Virus record (IMG/VR): IMGVR_UViG_3300030330_000815
Location: 1-56,058 of that record
DNA: 56,058 nt
From: a virus
Taxonomy: Duplodnaviria > Caudoviricetes
Strand: one strand, 5' to 3'
Made by a program: the position numbers and the translations under genes. The notes below the pieces were generated by a model that did not search any database, had not been told where the DNA came from, and saw only the letters and a list, made by a program, of their open reading frames with translations. Below, piece by piece: positions 26,651 to 36,136 of the stretch (its first letter is position 1; each line of letters begins with the position of its first letter).

Positions 26651-28306
26651 ATGAAAAAGGTCGTACTTGACATAGAAACGGACGATCTAAACGCTACCGT
26701 GATTCACGTCGCCGTTTGTAAAGAAGTAGGCGCGAACTCACATGTCGTGTTTGGTGGACCGAATGGCAAACCTATCACTATGCTTGTCCCTTATCTTCAG
26801 AGCGCAGATAAGATCATCATGCATAATGGAATGTCATTCGATCTACCAACTGTCAATCGATTGTTAGAATCAAATATCTCTTACGGTAAGGTAGTCGATA
26901 CGCTTCTGCTATCGCAGTTACACAATCCTATCATCGATAAGGGACACTCTCTTGCTGAATGGGGAGAGCGTTTCGGTTTAGCTAAGATCGACTTTCACGA
27001 TTGGTCAGGCTATTCCGAAAGTATGGAAACTTATTGTAAACGAGACGTAGACATCACTGAAAAACTCTACACTCATTTTTCAAGCCACGCCTCAGACTTT
27101 TCTAAACGCAGCGTCGATCTGGAACACGCAGTTCGAAGAGCTATAAACATTCAGGAAGATAATGGATTTTATATAGACACAAAAGAAGCAAATCTTCTTC
27201 TTTGTGAATTGAATGATGAGTCGTTCAAAATCGAAAAAGAAATGCAGGAAACTTTTGAACCTACAATTTTACCGCGTAAAAGAATACAAGATAAAATTGT
27301 TCCGTTCAATCCTCAAAGCCGACAACAAATAGCTGACCGACTGATGAAGCGTGGGTGGCAACCTACTGAATTTACTGAGAAAAGCGGCAACCCGGTTGTT
27401 AATGAAAAGACCTTGGGAGAGTGTGAACTTCCTGAAGCCAAGCAGCTACTTCGTTATATGTTGTTGAAAAAGAGAGAGGCTCAGATCAACTCTTGGTTAA
27501 AGGTAGTCAATGCCGAAACCAACCGTGTTCACGGTAGAGTTATAACTATCGGTGCAGTAACAAATCGAATGACGCACAACAGTCCTAACATGGCTCAAGT
27601 TCCAGCAGTCTACTCTCCCTACGGAACTGAATGCAGAAGTTGTTGGACAGTAGAAGATAAAGAAAATTATAGATTGGTTGGTGCTGATAGTTCTGGTTTA
27701 GAACTTCGCTGCCTAGCTCACTACATTAAAGACGATGACTATACTCGTGAGATACTGGAGGGGGACATTCATACAGCCAATCAGAAGATGGCTGGTCTAC
27801 CTACTAGGGACAATGCCAAGACCTTTATCTACGCCTTCTTATATGGCGCTGGAGCGGCAAAGATAGGAAGCATTGTCGGTAAAGATTTTGAAGAAGGACA
27901 GAAACTGATTGGCAGCTTTCTCGAAAAGATGCCCAAGCTCTCGAAGTGGCGAAACGAAGTAATGGAAGAAGCTGAAGGATCTAATAAAGTGAAAGCTCTG
28001 GACGGAAGATATCTTCATGTTCGTAGCTCTCACTCTTCCGTTAACACTCTTCTTCAGGGAGCCGGTGCTATCATCTGTAAAGATTGGTTGACACAGATAA
28101 TGTCGTTGGTTAAGGTCAAAGGACTTGACGCTCAACCCGTAGCAAATGTTCACGATGAAGTTCAGTTTGAGGTTCACCTGAAAGACGCAGAGGAGTTTTC
28201 CAAGCTCACTCATCAGGCTACGAAACAAACAGAAGAAAGTCTGTCGGTAAACTGTCCGCTGGATAGCGAAGCAAAGATTGGTTTTAACTGGGCTGAGACA
28301 CACTAA
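26651..28306 (+). CDS. polA: DNA polymerase family A, T7 gp5-like
   Basis: Exo DIET, HNG..FD, YC.RDV; motif A D.SGLELR, motif B AKTFIYAFLYG (Tyr at E. coli 762 equivalent), motif C VHDE. Confidence 0.97.
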   Translation: MKKVVLDIETDDLNATVIHVAVCKEVGANSHVVFGGPNGKPITMLVPYLQSADKIIMHNGMSFDLPTVNRLLESNISYGKVVDTLLLSQLHNPIIDKGHSLAEWGERFGLAKIDFHDWSGYSESMETYCKRDVDITEKLYTHFSSHASDFSKRSVDLEHAVRRAINIQEDNGFYIDTKEANLLLCELNDESFKIEKEMQETFEPTILPRKRIQDKIVPFNPQSRQQIADRLMKRGWQPTEFTEKSGNPVVNEKTLGECELPEAKQLLRYMLLKKREAQINSWLKVVNAETNRVHGRVITIGAVTNRMTHNSPNMAQVPAVYSPYGTECRSCWTVEDKENYRLVGADSSGLELRCLAHYIKDDDYTREILEGDIHTANQKMAGLPTRDNAKTFIYAFLYGAGAAKIGSIVGKDFEEGQKLIGSFLEKMPKLSKWRNEVMEEAEGSNKVKALDGRYLHVRSSHSSVNTLLQGAGAIICKDWLTQIMSLVKVKGLDAQPVANVHDEVQFEVHLKDAEEFSKLTHQATKQTEESLSVNCPLDSEAKIGFNWAETH

Positions 28307-28863
28307 TGATAGAGATTGAAATAACAGACGAGATGCGAAAGTCTGCATTCGATAAGTCGATGGAGATGGGCCAGCTTCGAAACTCTATTACACAGGGAAA
28401 GCATAACGAGTATGGTTTCCTTGGTGAAGCAATGGTGGCTAAGTATCTCAACTGCGATACCTATAACACCTACGAATATGATATAATTTTACAGGACGGT
28501 ACGCGGCTAGAAGTTAAAAGTAAGCCAACACCGCACAAGCCCCCTGATTGGTATGAAGTTAACCTATCCGCTCTTAATCCTAATCAACGGTGCGACTACT
28601 ATGTATTTTGTCGTATCATGAAAGACAGAAGTAAGGGTTGGATTGTCGGTTACGATAGCCGAGAGGACTATCTGAAGACAGCCAAGCTTTATAAGAAAGG
28701 CGAAAAGTTTTCAAGAAGTGAATATATCGTCAGATCGGATTGCTACATTAAAGAGATAAAAAATTTGCAGCAGCCGAAAAAACTTCTTGACATTGCTTCG
28801 GAGGCCAATTATGCTCCTCCGCAAGTTAGTAGTAAGAGTAGTACCGAAACTAAACGAATCTAA
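28306..28863 (+). CDS. PD-(D/E)XK nuclease-like hypothetical protein
   Basis: G.LGE..V..YL..YD......EVK.K..D.YVF. Confidence 0.55.
   Translation: MIEIEITDEMRKSAFDKSMEMGQLRNSITQGKHNEYGFLGEAMVAKYLNCDTYNTYEYDIILQDGTRLEVKSKPTPHKPPDWYEVNLSALNPNQRCDYYVFCRIMKDRSKGWIVGYDSREDYLKTAKLYKKGEKFSRSEYIVRSDCYIKEIKNLQQPKKLLDIASEANYAPPQVSSKSSTETKRI
28787..28815 (+). promoter_or_regulatory. Sigma70 promoter for ssb
   Basis: TTGACA-N17-TATGCT about 75 nt upstream of SSB start. Confidence 0.65.
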
Positions 28864-28891
28864 CCGAAACTCATAAAAGGAACTTAAAATA

Positions 28892-29383
28892 ATGGCAGTG
28901 ATCTCTGGAAAAGCTTTTTGGGCAAAAGTCTATCAGCCCCAAGCATCCAAGTTCAACCCCGATGATTATCGTTATTCTATTGACGTTGGTCAGCTTGACG
29001 AACGTAACATCAAGCTTGCCGAAGACCTTGGCATGGATGTTAAGACTGATGAAGTCATCGAAGGTAAGCCCTATTCGGGTCAGCGTGGAAGGTACGTTAC
29101 AATTCGTAACTACGCCAAGAGTCAGAATGGCTCAGACAATCCACGCCCCCGTGTCGTAGATGCTCAGACAAATCCGATGACCAAGCTTATTGGTAACGGG
29201 TCTGATGTAAACGTTCTGTTTGACGTGTCCCCTTATAAGCGTGGTCCGCGTGAAGGACAGAACGGTTTCTATCTGAAGGGTGTTCAGGTAGTTAGTCTTG
29301 TAGAGTACGAAGGTGCAGGTGACAGTGGTGGTTCTTTCGCCGCTGTTGACGGCGGTTACGTCGAAGAAGCCGCTCCTTTTTAA
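28892..29383 (+). CDS. ssb: Single-stranded DNA-binding protein, T7 gp2.5-like
   Basis: G.A.WA.V..P, P.VVD..IGNGS.V.V, L.GVQV..LVEY; acidic tail ending in Phe. Confidence 0.85.
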   Translation: MAVISGKAFWAKVYQPQASKFNPDDYRYSIDVGQLDERNIKLAEDLGMDVKTDEVIEGKPYSGQRGRYVTIRNYAKSQNGSDNPRPRVVDAQTNPMTKLIGNGSDVNVLFDVSPYKRGPREGQNGFYLKGVQVVSLVEYEGAGDSGGSFAAVDGGYVEEAAPF

Positions 29384-29395
29384 GCAGTGCGTACC

Positions 29396-29438
29396 GGACG
29401 GAGTGAGGGTTTTTCTTTCTCCTTACCTCACTCCGTCC
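29396..29438 (+). other. 13-bp perfect stem-loop after ssb (processing or termination signal)
   Basis: GGACGGAGTGAGG...CCTCACTCCGTCC; no U tract. Confidence 0.7.
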
Positions 29439-29455
29439 ACTAGAGGGAAGCCACT

Positions 29456-30301
29456 ATGACCGCCAGCTTTGATACACTTGAAGATGATCTCAAGTCCCTT
29501 TGGGATAAAGGTATAGAACCTTCTGAAAAAGATTTGGAAGAGTTCGCTGAGAACATCAAAGAAGCTGTTGTGGCTTCCCTCACTCGCTCTAAGACAGAAG
29601 TGGATGGGAAGAGAGAAGTTCTTCGAATGTCTTCTATAGGCAAGCCTATGCGTCAGCTATGGTACGCTGCTAGAGAAGATGCTAAAGCAGAGAACTTTTC
29701 TTACTCTACTCTCCTCAAGTTTCTTTACGGCTCTATCATCGAAGAGCTTCTTGTCTTACTCGTAAAAACCGCTGGTCATTCCGTTACTGGTCAACAAGAA
29801 GAGCACGATATAGAAGGTGTAAAAGGTCATTCAGACGGTCGCATTGACGGAGTTCTAGTTGATTTCAAATCAGCTTCAGGCCGTTCTCTTCTTAAGTTTA
29901 AAAATAAAAATATTTTCTTTGACGATCCGTTTGGTTATATCGCTCAGATAAGTGCCTATGCTGAAAAGAAAAAGGATGATCGTGCAGCCTTTGTCGTTAT
30001 GGATAAACAGGCTGGAGAGTTAGTTACGATGGAGCTTAGTCGATCAGAAATGATCGATCCAATGAAAAGAATAGCTGATCTTAAAGAAGCTTTATCGAAG
30101 GATACGCCTCCTGATCTTTGTTATTGGGATGAAGAAGATGGAAAGTCTGGTAATAGAAAGCTGGCAGTTGGGTGCTCATACTGTCAGTTTAAAAGTAAGT
30201 GTTGGCCTAATCTCAGAGCTTTTAAGTATTCGAATGGTACTAGGTTTCTAACGGTCGTAGAACGAGAACCGAATGTCGAAGAAGTCTTTGTTGAACAATA
30301 A
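29456..30301 (+). CDS. Exonuclease, PD-(D/E)XK (Cas4-like) family
   Basis: LRMSSIGKP.RQLWY, GH.DG.IDG..VD.KSAS, DDPFGY..Q..AY, C.YC.FK..CW. Confidence 0.85.
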   Translation: MTASFDTLEDDLKSLWDKGIEPSEKDLEEFAENIKEAVVASLTRSKTEVDGKREVLRMSSIGKPMRQLWYAAREDAKAENFSYSTLLKFLYGSIIEELLVLLVKTAGHSVTGQQEEHDIEGVKGHSDGRIDGVLVDFKSASGRSLLKFKNKNIFFDDPFGYIAQISAYAEKKKDDRAAFVVMDKQAGELVTMELSRSEMIDPMKRIADLKEALSKDTPPDLCYWDEEDGKSGNRKLAVGCSYCQFKSKCWPNLRAFKYSNGTRFLTVVEREPNVEEVFVEQ

Positions 30302-30710
30302 TCGTTATGGAAATAGAAAGGGAAAGTTTAGATCAAACTTTGAAAAAACTGTAGCGGAAGACTTAGAAAAGAGAAGTGTAGAGTATGAGTTTGAACCCTA
30401 CACTATTCCGTACATAGTACCTGCAAAGAACAGAACTTATCTTCCAGATTTTATTCTTCCTAATGGTGTCTTAGTAGAGTGTAAGGGCTGGTTTAATCTA
30501 GAAGACAGACAGAAAATGCTATACGTCCGTGATTGTAATCCCGGCTTGGATATTCGAATACTTCTTATGTCACCTAAAGCTAAAATATCTAAGAAGAGTA
30601 AAACGACTGTAGCGGAATGGTGTGACAAGAATGGATTTATCTGGGCTGAGAAAGTGGTGCCGAAAGAATGGTTGAGAAAGAAGGGGAAGCGCAAGAAGAG
30701 TTCTTCGTAA
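30273..30710 (+). CDS. Endonuclease I (Holliday junction resolvase), T7 gp3-like
   Basis: FRS.FE..VA..L, Y.PDF.L.NG..VE.KG.F...DR.K, LDIR. Confidence 0.92.
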   Translation: MSKKSLLNNNRYGNRKGKFRSNFEKTVAEDLEKRSVEYEFEPYTIPYIVPAKNRTYLPDFILPNGVLVECKGWFNLEDRQKMLYVRDCNPGLDIRILLMSPKAKISKKSKTTVAEWCDKNGFIWAEKVVPKEWLRKKGKRKKSSS

Positions 30711-31096
30711 GCGTATCATCTCTTAATGAAGAAGGATTTGATTTTTCTTGGAGTGACTTAGGTTTCGATTATTCAAACATTGAAACAGATGAAACAAAAA
30801 GTTCTCCATCTAGTCCTGAAAGAATGATGTTTATTGCGGTCTTCATTCAAAGCTTGTTAGACGCTACCAAAGAAAAATATGAAGGAGAGCCTACTGAATC
30901 CGTTAATAATCGAAGAGCAGCGCACAAATGGTTTAGTGTACCTTCGTGCGTCACTGCTTCTACCTTCGAGCCTATCTGTGAGCTAGCGGGTATCGATCCA
31001 GACTATGCGAGAAGGTATTATAAAAAAGTTGTTGACGGTGATATTGAGTTTCCATATCGTAGAATTAACGTGTTAATCAACGCTTCAAAGGATTAA
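30668..31096 (+). CDS. Hypothetical protein
   Basis: PER..F.AV..Q.L.DA, A..WF, F..IC.LAG.DP pattern. Confidence 0.65.
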   Translation: MVEKEGEAQEEFFVSVSSLNEEGFDFSWSDLGFDYSNIETDETKSSPSSPERMMFIAVFIQSLLDATKEKYEGEPTESVNNRRAAHKWFSVPSCVTASTFEPICELAGIDPDYARRYYKKVVDGDIEFPYRRINVLINASKD

Positions 31097-31099
31097 GAA

Positions 31100-31444
31100 A
31101 TGAAGTATGAACATTGGAAAGAGTTAATAGAAGCAGAAAAAGATGGAGAGGATTCTATCTTATACATGACAAATCCTGTTAACGAAAAACATGATGAAGT
31201 TTCAAGACCGGCACACTACAACCGTAGTGGTATTGAAGCTATTAAAGCCATCGAAGCTAGCATGTCAGAAGTAGAGTTTCTTGGCTATCTCAAAGGAAAT
31301 ATTCTCAAGTATCTTTGGAGATATGCTTATAAAGATAATCCAAAGAAAGACATAGCTAAAGCTCGTTGGTATCTTGATCTTCTCTATAATCAGATTGTAG
31401 ACTTGGATCAAAAAGAACTGTCTAACAAGTTGAAAAACCTGTAG
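31100..31444 (+). CDS. DUF3310 protein (T7 gp1.7 nucleotide kinase-like)
   Basis: V..P.HY...IE.I.AI..GYLKGN.LKYLWRY..K..D..KA.WYL. Confidence 0.85.
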   Translation: MKYEHWKELIEAEKDGEDSILYMTNPVNEKHDEVSRPAHYNRSGIEAIKAIEASMSEVEFLGYLKGNILKYLWRYAYKDNPKKDIAKARWYLDLLYNQIVDLDQKELSNKLKNL

Positions 31445-31456
31445 AAAATTTTTTTC

Positions 31457-31485
31457 TTGCTAGCGCGCTGCGGCGCTGCTAATAT
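31457..31485 (+). promoter_or_regulatory. Putative sigma70 promoter for RNR operon
   Basis: TTGCTA-N17-TAATAT with T-rich upstream tract like other promoters here. Confidence 0.5.
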
Positions 31486-31518
31486 GGTTGTCCGGCCTTA
31501 ACGAAAGGAGTTTACTCA

Positions 31519-31719
31519 GTGCAATATATAGTTCAACCCAACCCCAAACATGATTATCTTTCTTCTCGTAGTGCTTCTAATCAGCTTGTAAGCAATATAG
31601 AAGAGTTCTGGTCAAAGAAGGGATATACTAATGTACGTGCTTGGGTTGAAAAAGAAGAGTACGGTAGTAAGCATATCTATGTAGTGCGGTCAAATCTCTC
31701 TCTAAGACCTACCCCCTAA
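31519..31719 (+). CDS. Hypothetical protein
   Basis: AAGGAG RBS; I..FW..KGY..V..W..VRSNL. Confidence 0.7.
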   Translation: MQYIVQPNPKHDYLSSRSASNQLVSNIEEFWSKKGYTNVRAWVEKEEYGSKHIYVVRSNLSLRPTP

Positions 31720-31747
31720 CTAATTCTAAACATAAAGGAGAACTGAC

Positions 31748-33433
31748 ATGGCTACGTTTCGTAGCAATGAAAACCCCATGTTTCGCTCAAAATTCAGCGA
31801 AGATATCTTCAAACATAAATATGCTCATCATAGTTGTGAGACTTGGGATGCACTAGCATCAACTCTTGTTGATGACGTGTGTCAGGATTATCTGTCCAAG
31901 GATGATAAAGATGAGCTAAAACGTATGATCACTGACCTTAAATTTATTCCGGGTGGTCGATATCTTTATTATGCTGGTCGTGATAACAAGTTCTTTAACA
32001 ACTGTTATCTTCTACGTGCAGAGGAAGACACCAGAGAAAATTGGGCAGACATCTCTTGGAAGGCTGAGTCGTGCCTGATGACAGGTGGCGGCATTGGAGT
32101 AGACTACTCTGTTTATCGTGAAGAAGGCCGTCTTCTAAACGGTACAGGTGGACTAGCGTCTGGTCCTATTCCAAAGATGCAGATGGTCAACGAGATTGGT
32201 CGCAGGGTTATGCAGGGCGGTAGTCGTAGGTCTGCTATCTATGCTAGCTTAAACTGGAAGCATCCTGATGTAGACAAATTTCTTACTAGCAAAAACTGGT
32301 ACGATATGCCAGTAGGAGACACGGGCTTTAGTATTGGTCAGGTTAAAGAGCAGGACTTTAATTTTATTGCTCCTCTTGATATGACAAACATCAGTGTAAA
32401 CTATGATACAGAATGGTTACTTAATTATTGGAGGACAGGAGATGTTGGGAGTACTTTTAAGCAGAATGTTAGACAAGCCTTATCTACCGCCGAACCGGGG
32501 TTCTCGTTCAATTTCTTCGAGAAGGAAAATGAGACGTTACGGAACGCTTGTACGGAGGTTACATCTGAGGATGATAGTGACGTGTGCAATCTTGGGTCTA
32601 TTAATATGGGACGTATTGATAACCTGAAAGATTTTTCTGATTGTGTAGAGCTTGCTACTAAGTTTCTGTTATGTGGCACACTCAGAGCCAAGCTTCCCTA
32701 CGAAAAGGTATATAGAGTTAGAGAGAAGAACCGTAGGCTGGGCCTTGGCCTGATGGGTATGCATGAATGGTTAATCAAAGGAGGACACAAGTATGAAGTC
32801 ACTGATGGTCTTCACAAGTGGCTGGCCGTCTATAAAGGCGTCAGCGACAATACTAGTCGTTCACTGGCTGATAGCCTTTCAATTTCTCGTCCTGTGGCTA
32901 ATCGGGCTATCGCCCCCACCGGAAGCATTGGCATACTGGCTGGCACCAGTACTGGTGTTGAGCCTATATTTGCAGTGGCGTATAAGCGCAGGTATCTAAA
33001 GGGAGGCAATCGCTGGCACTATCAGTATGTGGTAGACAGTGCAGCGCAAGAGATCATTGATCTTTATGGTGTTGCTCCTAATAAGATTGAGTCCGCTCTT
33101 GATCTGGCAGAAGACTATAAACGTCGTATGAAGTTTCAAGCTGACGTTCAAGACTATGTCGATATGTCCATCAGTAGTACTATTAATCTTCCTAAGTGGG
33201 GAACTAAACTTAATAATGAAGATACCGTCGATAGTTTTTCTGAAACTCTTGCTTCTTATGCTCACCGCTTACGTGGTTTCACGGTATATCCAGACGGTTG
33301 TAGGGGTGGGCAACCTTTGACATCCGTTCCCTACTCTGAGGCTGTAGATAAGCTGGGTGAAGAGTTTGAAGAGAGTGTCGAGACGCATGACATATGCGAC
33401 ATTACTGGACACGGTGGAAGCTGCGGAGTATAA
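31748..33433 (+). CDS. nrdJ: Ribonucleotide reductase, probably class II (adenosylcobalamin-dependent)
   Basis: FIPGGR, FNNC, NACTE active site, CNLGS, R.LGLG.MG, IAPTG, C-terminal Cys pair; no beta subunit gene in genome. Confidence 0.88.
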   Translation: MATFRSNENPMFRSKFSEDIFKHKYAHHSCETWDALASTLVDDVCQDYLSKDDKDELKRMITDLKFIPGGRYLYYAGRDNKFFNNCYLLRAEEDTRENWADISWKAESCLMTGGGIGVDYSVYREEGRLLNGTGGLASGPIPKMQMVNEIGRRVMQGGSRRSAIYASLNWKHPDVDKFLTSKNWYDMPVGDTGFSIGQVKEQDFNFIAPLDMTNISVNYDTEWLLNYWRTGDVGSTFKQNVRQALSTAEPGFSFNFFEKENETLRNACTEVTSEDDSDVCNLGSINMGRIDNLKDFSDCVELATKFLLCGTLRAKLPYEKVYRVREKNRRLGLGLMGMHEWLIKGGHKYEVTDGLHKWLAVYKGVSDNTSRSLADSLSISRPVANRAIAPTGSIGILAGTSTGVEPIFAVAYKRRYLKGGNRWHYQYVVDSAAQEIIDLYGVAPNKIESALDLAEDYKRRMKFQADVQDYVDMSISSTINLPKWGTKLNNEDTVDSFSETLASYAHRLRGFTVYPDGCRGGQPLTSVPYSEAVDKLGEEFEESVETHDICDITGHGGSCGV

Positions 33434-33439
33434 TAAATT

Positions 33440-33898
33440 ATGGCATTAGTTAGCTTAACTCAGAAAACGGCATGGGTTATTGACGACGATCCTGTTCGTC
33501 CTGAGTTAAGCTATGCCTTTAGAACATCAGAGGACAGACACGGTTACGTTCTTTTAAATGATTTTAATGGAAACATTGAAGCAGCTTGCTGTACCGCAAT
33601 GTGCTCTTCAGTTCCCAAAACAGTTGAAGAACTGTCTAACTTTTCTGTAAAAGAAAATACTAGAAACATAGCTGTTTTTTATACTTTATGGTCCTATGCG
33701 CGTGGAGCAGGTAGACAAATACTATTTGATATCTATTACGACATAAAAAATCACAGACCTTCAGTAGATCGTTTTGTAACTCTTAGTCCCAAGACAGAGG
33801 TGGCAGAAAAGTTTCACACGTCAAATGGTGCTATTGTTCTTAGTCGTAATGAAGAGAGCGATAACTATGAGTACGTTGAAAGAAAGTTATTTCAATGA
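33440..33898 (+). CDS. Conserved phage protein, GNAT-like
   Basis: DDPVRP, FYT.WSY..GAG, RFVTLSPKT..A.KFH..NGA. Confidence 0.65.
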   Translation: MALVSLTQKTAWVIDDDPVRPELSYAFRTSEDRHGYVLLNDFNGNIEAACCTAMCSSVPKTVEELSNFSVKENTRNIAVFYTLWSYARGAGRQILFDIYYDIKNHRPSVDRFVTLSPKTEVAEKFHTSNGAIVLSRNEESDNYEYVERKLFQ

Positions 33899-34458
33899 AT
33901 ATTCAAGAAGTTTGGAAAAGTGAGAGTGCTCTGTCAGAGGAGTTTTGCGACAATCTTGTTCGACTCGGTAAAGAAACAAATCATGAATATGGTTTTGTAA
34001 ATAAAGATACTTTAAAGACAACTGTTAGAAATAGCAGGGTAGCTTGGATAAATAATCCAGAACTTACTGAAGTATTTTACAAGTGCATTATTCTTGCCAA
34101 TCAAGAAGCTGGCTGGAACTTCGATATAGGCTCAGTAGAAGTTATGCAGTTCTCTACGTACTATGAGAGGGGTCACTACGGCTGGCACACGGACATAGAG
34201 AACTCATTCGACCCCGCAAAAGTTAGAAAGCTTTCGCTGGTTGTATCTTTAAATGATGACTATGAGGGCGGTGAGTTTCAGTTTAGCTGGGGCAAGCCGT
34301 CCAAGAGTTATCAGAAACGTATCATTGACTGCCCTGAATTAAAAAAGAAGGGAAGCATTGTTGTCTTCCCCTCTTTTCTTTGGCATCGTGTGAAGCCAGT
34401 TTTATATAATGAAAAGCATTCTATTGCTCTTTGGGCTTATGGTCCTGCTTTTCGGTAA
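33895..34458 (+). CDS. 2OG-Fe(II) oxygenase (prolyl 4-hydroxylase-like)
   Basis: Y.WHTD, RKLS.V.LN..YEGGE, VFPSF..HRV.PV. Confidence 0.9.
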   Translation: MNIQEVWKSESALSEEFCDNLVRLGKETNHEYGFVNKDTLKTTVRNSRVAWINNPELTEVFYKCIILANQEAGWNFDIGSVEVMQFSTYYERGHYGWHTDIENSFDPAKVRKLSLVVSLNDDYEGGEFQFSWGKPSKSYQKRIIDCPELKKKGSIVVFPSFLWHRVKPVLYNEKHSIALWAYGPAFR

Positions 34459-34693
34459 CATCATATAGCTGCATTTCTAACTTTACAATTTCTTCATCAA
34501 GAGCATCGCGCTGAAATTTAAGTGTTTCTAGCTTTTGCTCTATCGCCGCTTCTTTATATTTCTTCATAACTCTTTCTGAAACCTTATAAGCCTCTTTATG
34601 TTTTTTAACAAAGGCTTCTGAGTAATTAGAGTAGTCATAAGGGGTAATAGTAGAAAAATAATTGATATACATATCAACCTCTTTATTTAGCAT
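34421..34693 (-). CDS. Hypothetical coiled-coil protein
   Basis: GAGG RBS before second Met; last gene of minus-strand arm. Confidence 0.55.
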   Translation of the reverse strand: MLNKEVDMYINYFSTITPYDYSNYSEAFVKKHKEAYKVSERVMKKYKEAAIEQKLETLKFQRDALDEEIVKLEMQLYDVTEKQDHKPKEQ

Positions 34694-34747
34694 TGATTAA
34701 TGCGAACCTTACTATAAGCATTCGCAGATGAAATGTAGATACTGATA

Positions 34748-35155
34748 TTACTTTTTCAAGTTTTCTCTAGCAACCCCTTTCATTTTCTCAAATGATCTCA
34801 TTCCGCCAAGTCCAAGTAAAGACATAAGAAGCGTCATGAGTGCTTGTGTATCCAGTGCAGGAAGTTCGATAACAGGATACCAGATAGCAAAGCCCCAGCT
34901 AGCTATCGGAGCTATGATAAACTGCCACGCTAATGCAAAGGCGCATATCCACATGATAGCTGGTCTAGCTCCGCTGACAAAGAGAGAGGGATGCTTCGCC
35001 TGTTCTATGTTCGCTTGTGCTTGAGCAAGATCAAGAGATACTAACTGTGTTTTTAGCTCATGATCTAGTTTTTTTCGTAGGTCTTTATCTTCTACAAACT
35101 TATCTAAAACTTTACCGGCAACTCCGATTACGGAATCTGCAATACCTAAAACCAT
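34748..35155 (-). CDS. Holin, GTA-type 3TM family
   Basis: LDKF..DKD, N...A.H.S.FVSG.RP...W, LLGLGGMRSFEK.KG. Confidence 0.85.
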   Translation of the reverse strand: MVLGIADSVIGVAGKVLDKFVEDKDLRKKLDHELKTQLVSLDLAQAQANIEQAKHPSLFVSGARPAIMWICAFALAWQFIIAPIASWGFAIWYPVIELPALDTQALMTLLMSLLGLGGMRSFEKMKGVARENLKK

Positions 35156-35517
35156 TAGTCTGCCTTTCTTGTATCTGACACAGGCGGATGTGCGCCATTG
35201 TGCATGTGATAGAGCCTATCATAGCTTTTTTCTAAGTTTTTTATAGTTGTTAGTATTTCAGATAACTGCATGTGATCACGCCTGAGATTTTCTGGACTTG
35301 CCAGTTTAGCTAATACACTAATTCTTTGTTCTTGTGTTTCTGTAGAGGTATGCAGCCTGTCATAATTACTATCCATCTTTCTTAAACGCTGCTCTACATC
35401 CTCTAGTTTATCTACTAATTGTTTAATCTGAATCTTTGCAACAGCGGATGCCCCTGCAACACTAAACAGTATTCCGCCCAGAGTTATGACCAAACGTAAA
35501 TCAATCGCCCCTTCCAT
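35155..35517 (-). CDS. Membrane-anchored coiled-coil protein (lysis module)
   Basis: N-terminal TM then heptad-rich region. Confidence 0.6.
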   Translation of the reverse strand: MEGAIDLRLVITLGGILFSVAGASAVAKIQIKQLVDKLEDVEQRLRKMDSNYDRLHTSTETQEQRISVLAKLASPENLRRDHMQLSEILTTIKNLEKSYDRLYHMHNGAHPPVSDTRKAD

Positions 35518-35518
35518 T

Positions 35519-35809
35519 TTATTTAATTCTATTCATTAGCGCTTCTTCAATTTTAGGAAGAAGGCGTATGCCACAATATCCAATAACAAAGGCCAAACCA
35601 ATAGCAACTTGATCATTAAACTTAAAATGGCTCATGGCTGCAGGAATTAGAAACTCTGCTGCAATCCATCCAACGATAATTGCAATTAAAATATCTTTAA
35701 TAGCTCCTAAATTCCATTTTTTCTGTGTAAGTACGTTTGCTAATCCACCGCATCCCGAAGCAAAAATACAACACAGTTTTCCACCGAATGTCATAATAGC
35801 CCATTCCAT
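35519..35809 (-). CDS. Small 3-TM holin-like protein
   Basis: Three hydrophobic segments; AF.IGY.G motif; AAGGAG RBS. Confidence 0.6.
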   Translation of the reverse strand: MEWAIMTFGGKLCCIFASGCGGLANVLTQKKWNLGAIKDILIAIIVGWIAAEFLIPAAMSHFKFNDQVAIGLAFVIGYCGIRLLPKIEEALMNRIK

Positions 35810-35842
35810 AGCTAAATCTCCTTGTCATGCTTTTATTATATA

Positions 35843-36136
35843 TTAGTCCATTATGTCTAATGTATTTATTAAATCTTGTTTAATTCTATCAAGTTGAATA
35901 TATACGGCGCTTACAGTCAATGCTCCGAAAAACCAATCGTGCATTGATCCATCTTCTTCGAACGCAAGAAATACGCCTCCCTTTATTTTATCATTTTCTG
36001 CCACTATTTCAAAAATCTTGTTCATAGACTCAACTACAGTAGCGTGAGCCTGTTCATCAAGACCTTCGTCAGTATTTTTATTAGGAGGAAGAGCTATAAA
36101 ATTACTAGGAAAATCAACGATATTGTCATCAGACAT
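35843..36136 (-). CDS. Hypothetical protein
   Basis: GGAG RBS; DNIVDFP N-terminus. Confidence 0.6.
   Translation of the reverse strand: MSDDNIVDFPSNFIALPPNKNTDEGLDEQAHATVVESMNKIFEIVAENDKIKGGVFLAFEEDGSMHDWFFGALTVSAVYIQLDRIKQDLINTLDIMD

Noticed and set aside
29456-30301. Cas4-like gene as part of a CRISPR system
   Set aside because: Standard replisome exonuclease position; no array or other cas genes.
13437-33433. Introns or inteins in terL, primase, polA or RNR; stop-codon reassignment
   Set aside because: These ORFs are continuous and of normal length; TAA, TAG and TGA all end genes at expected places.
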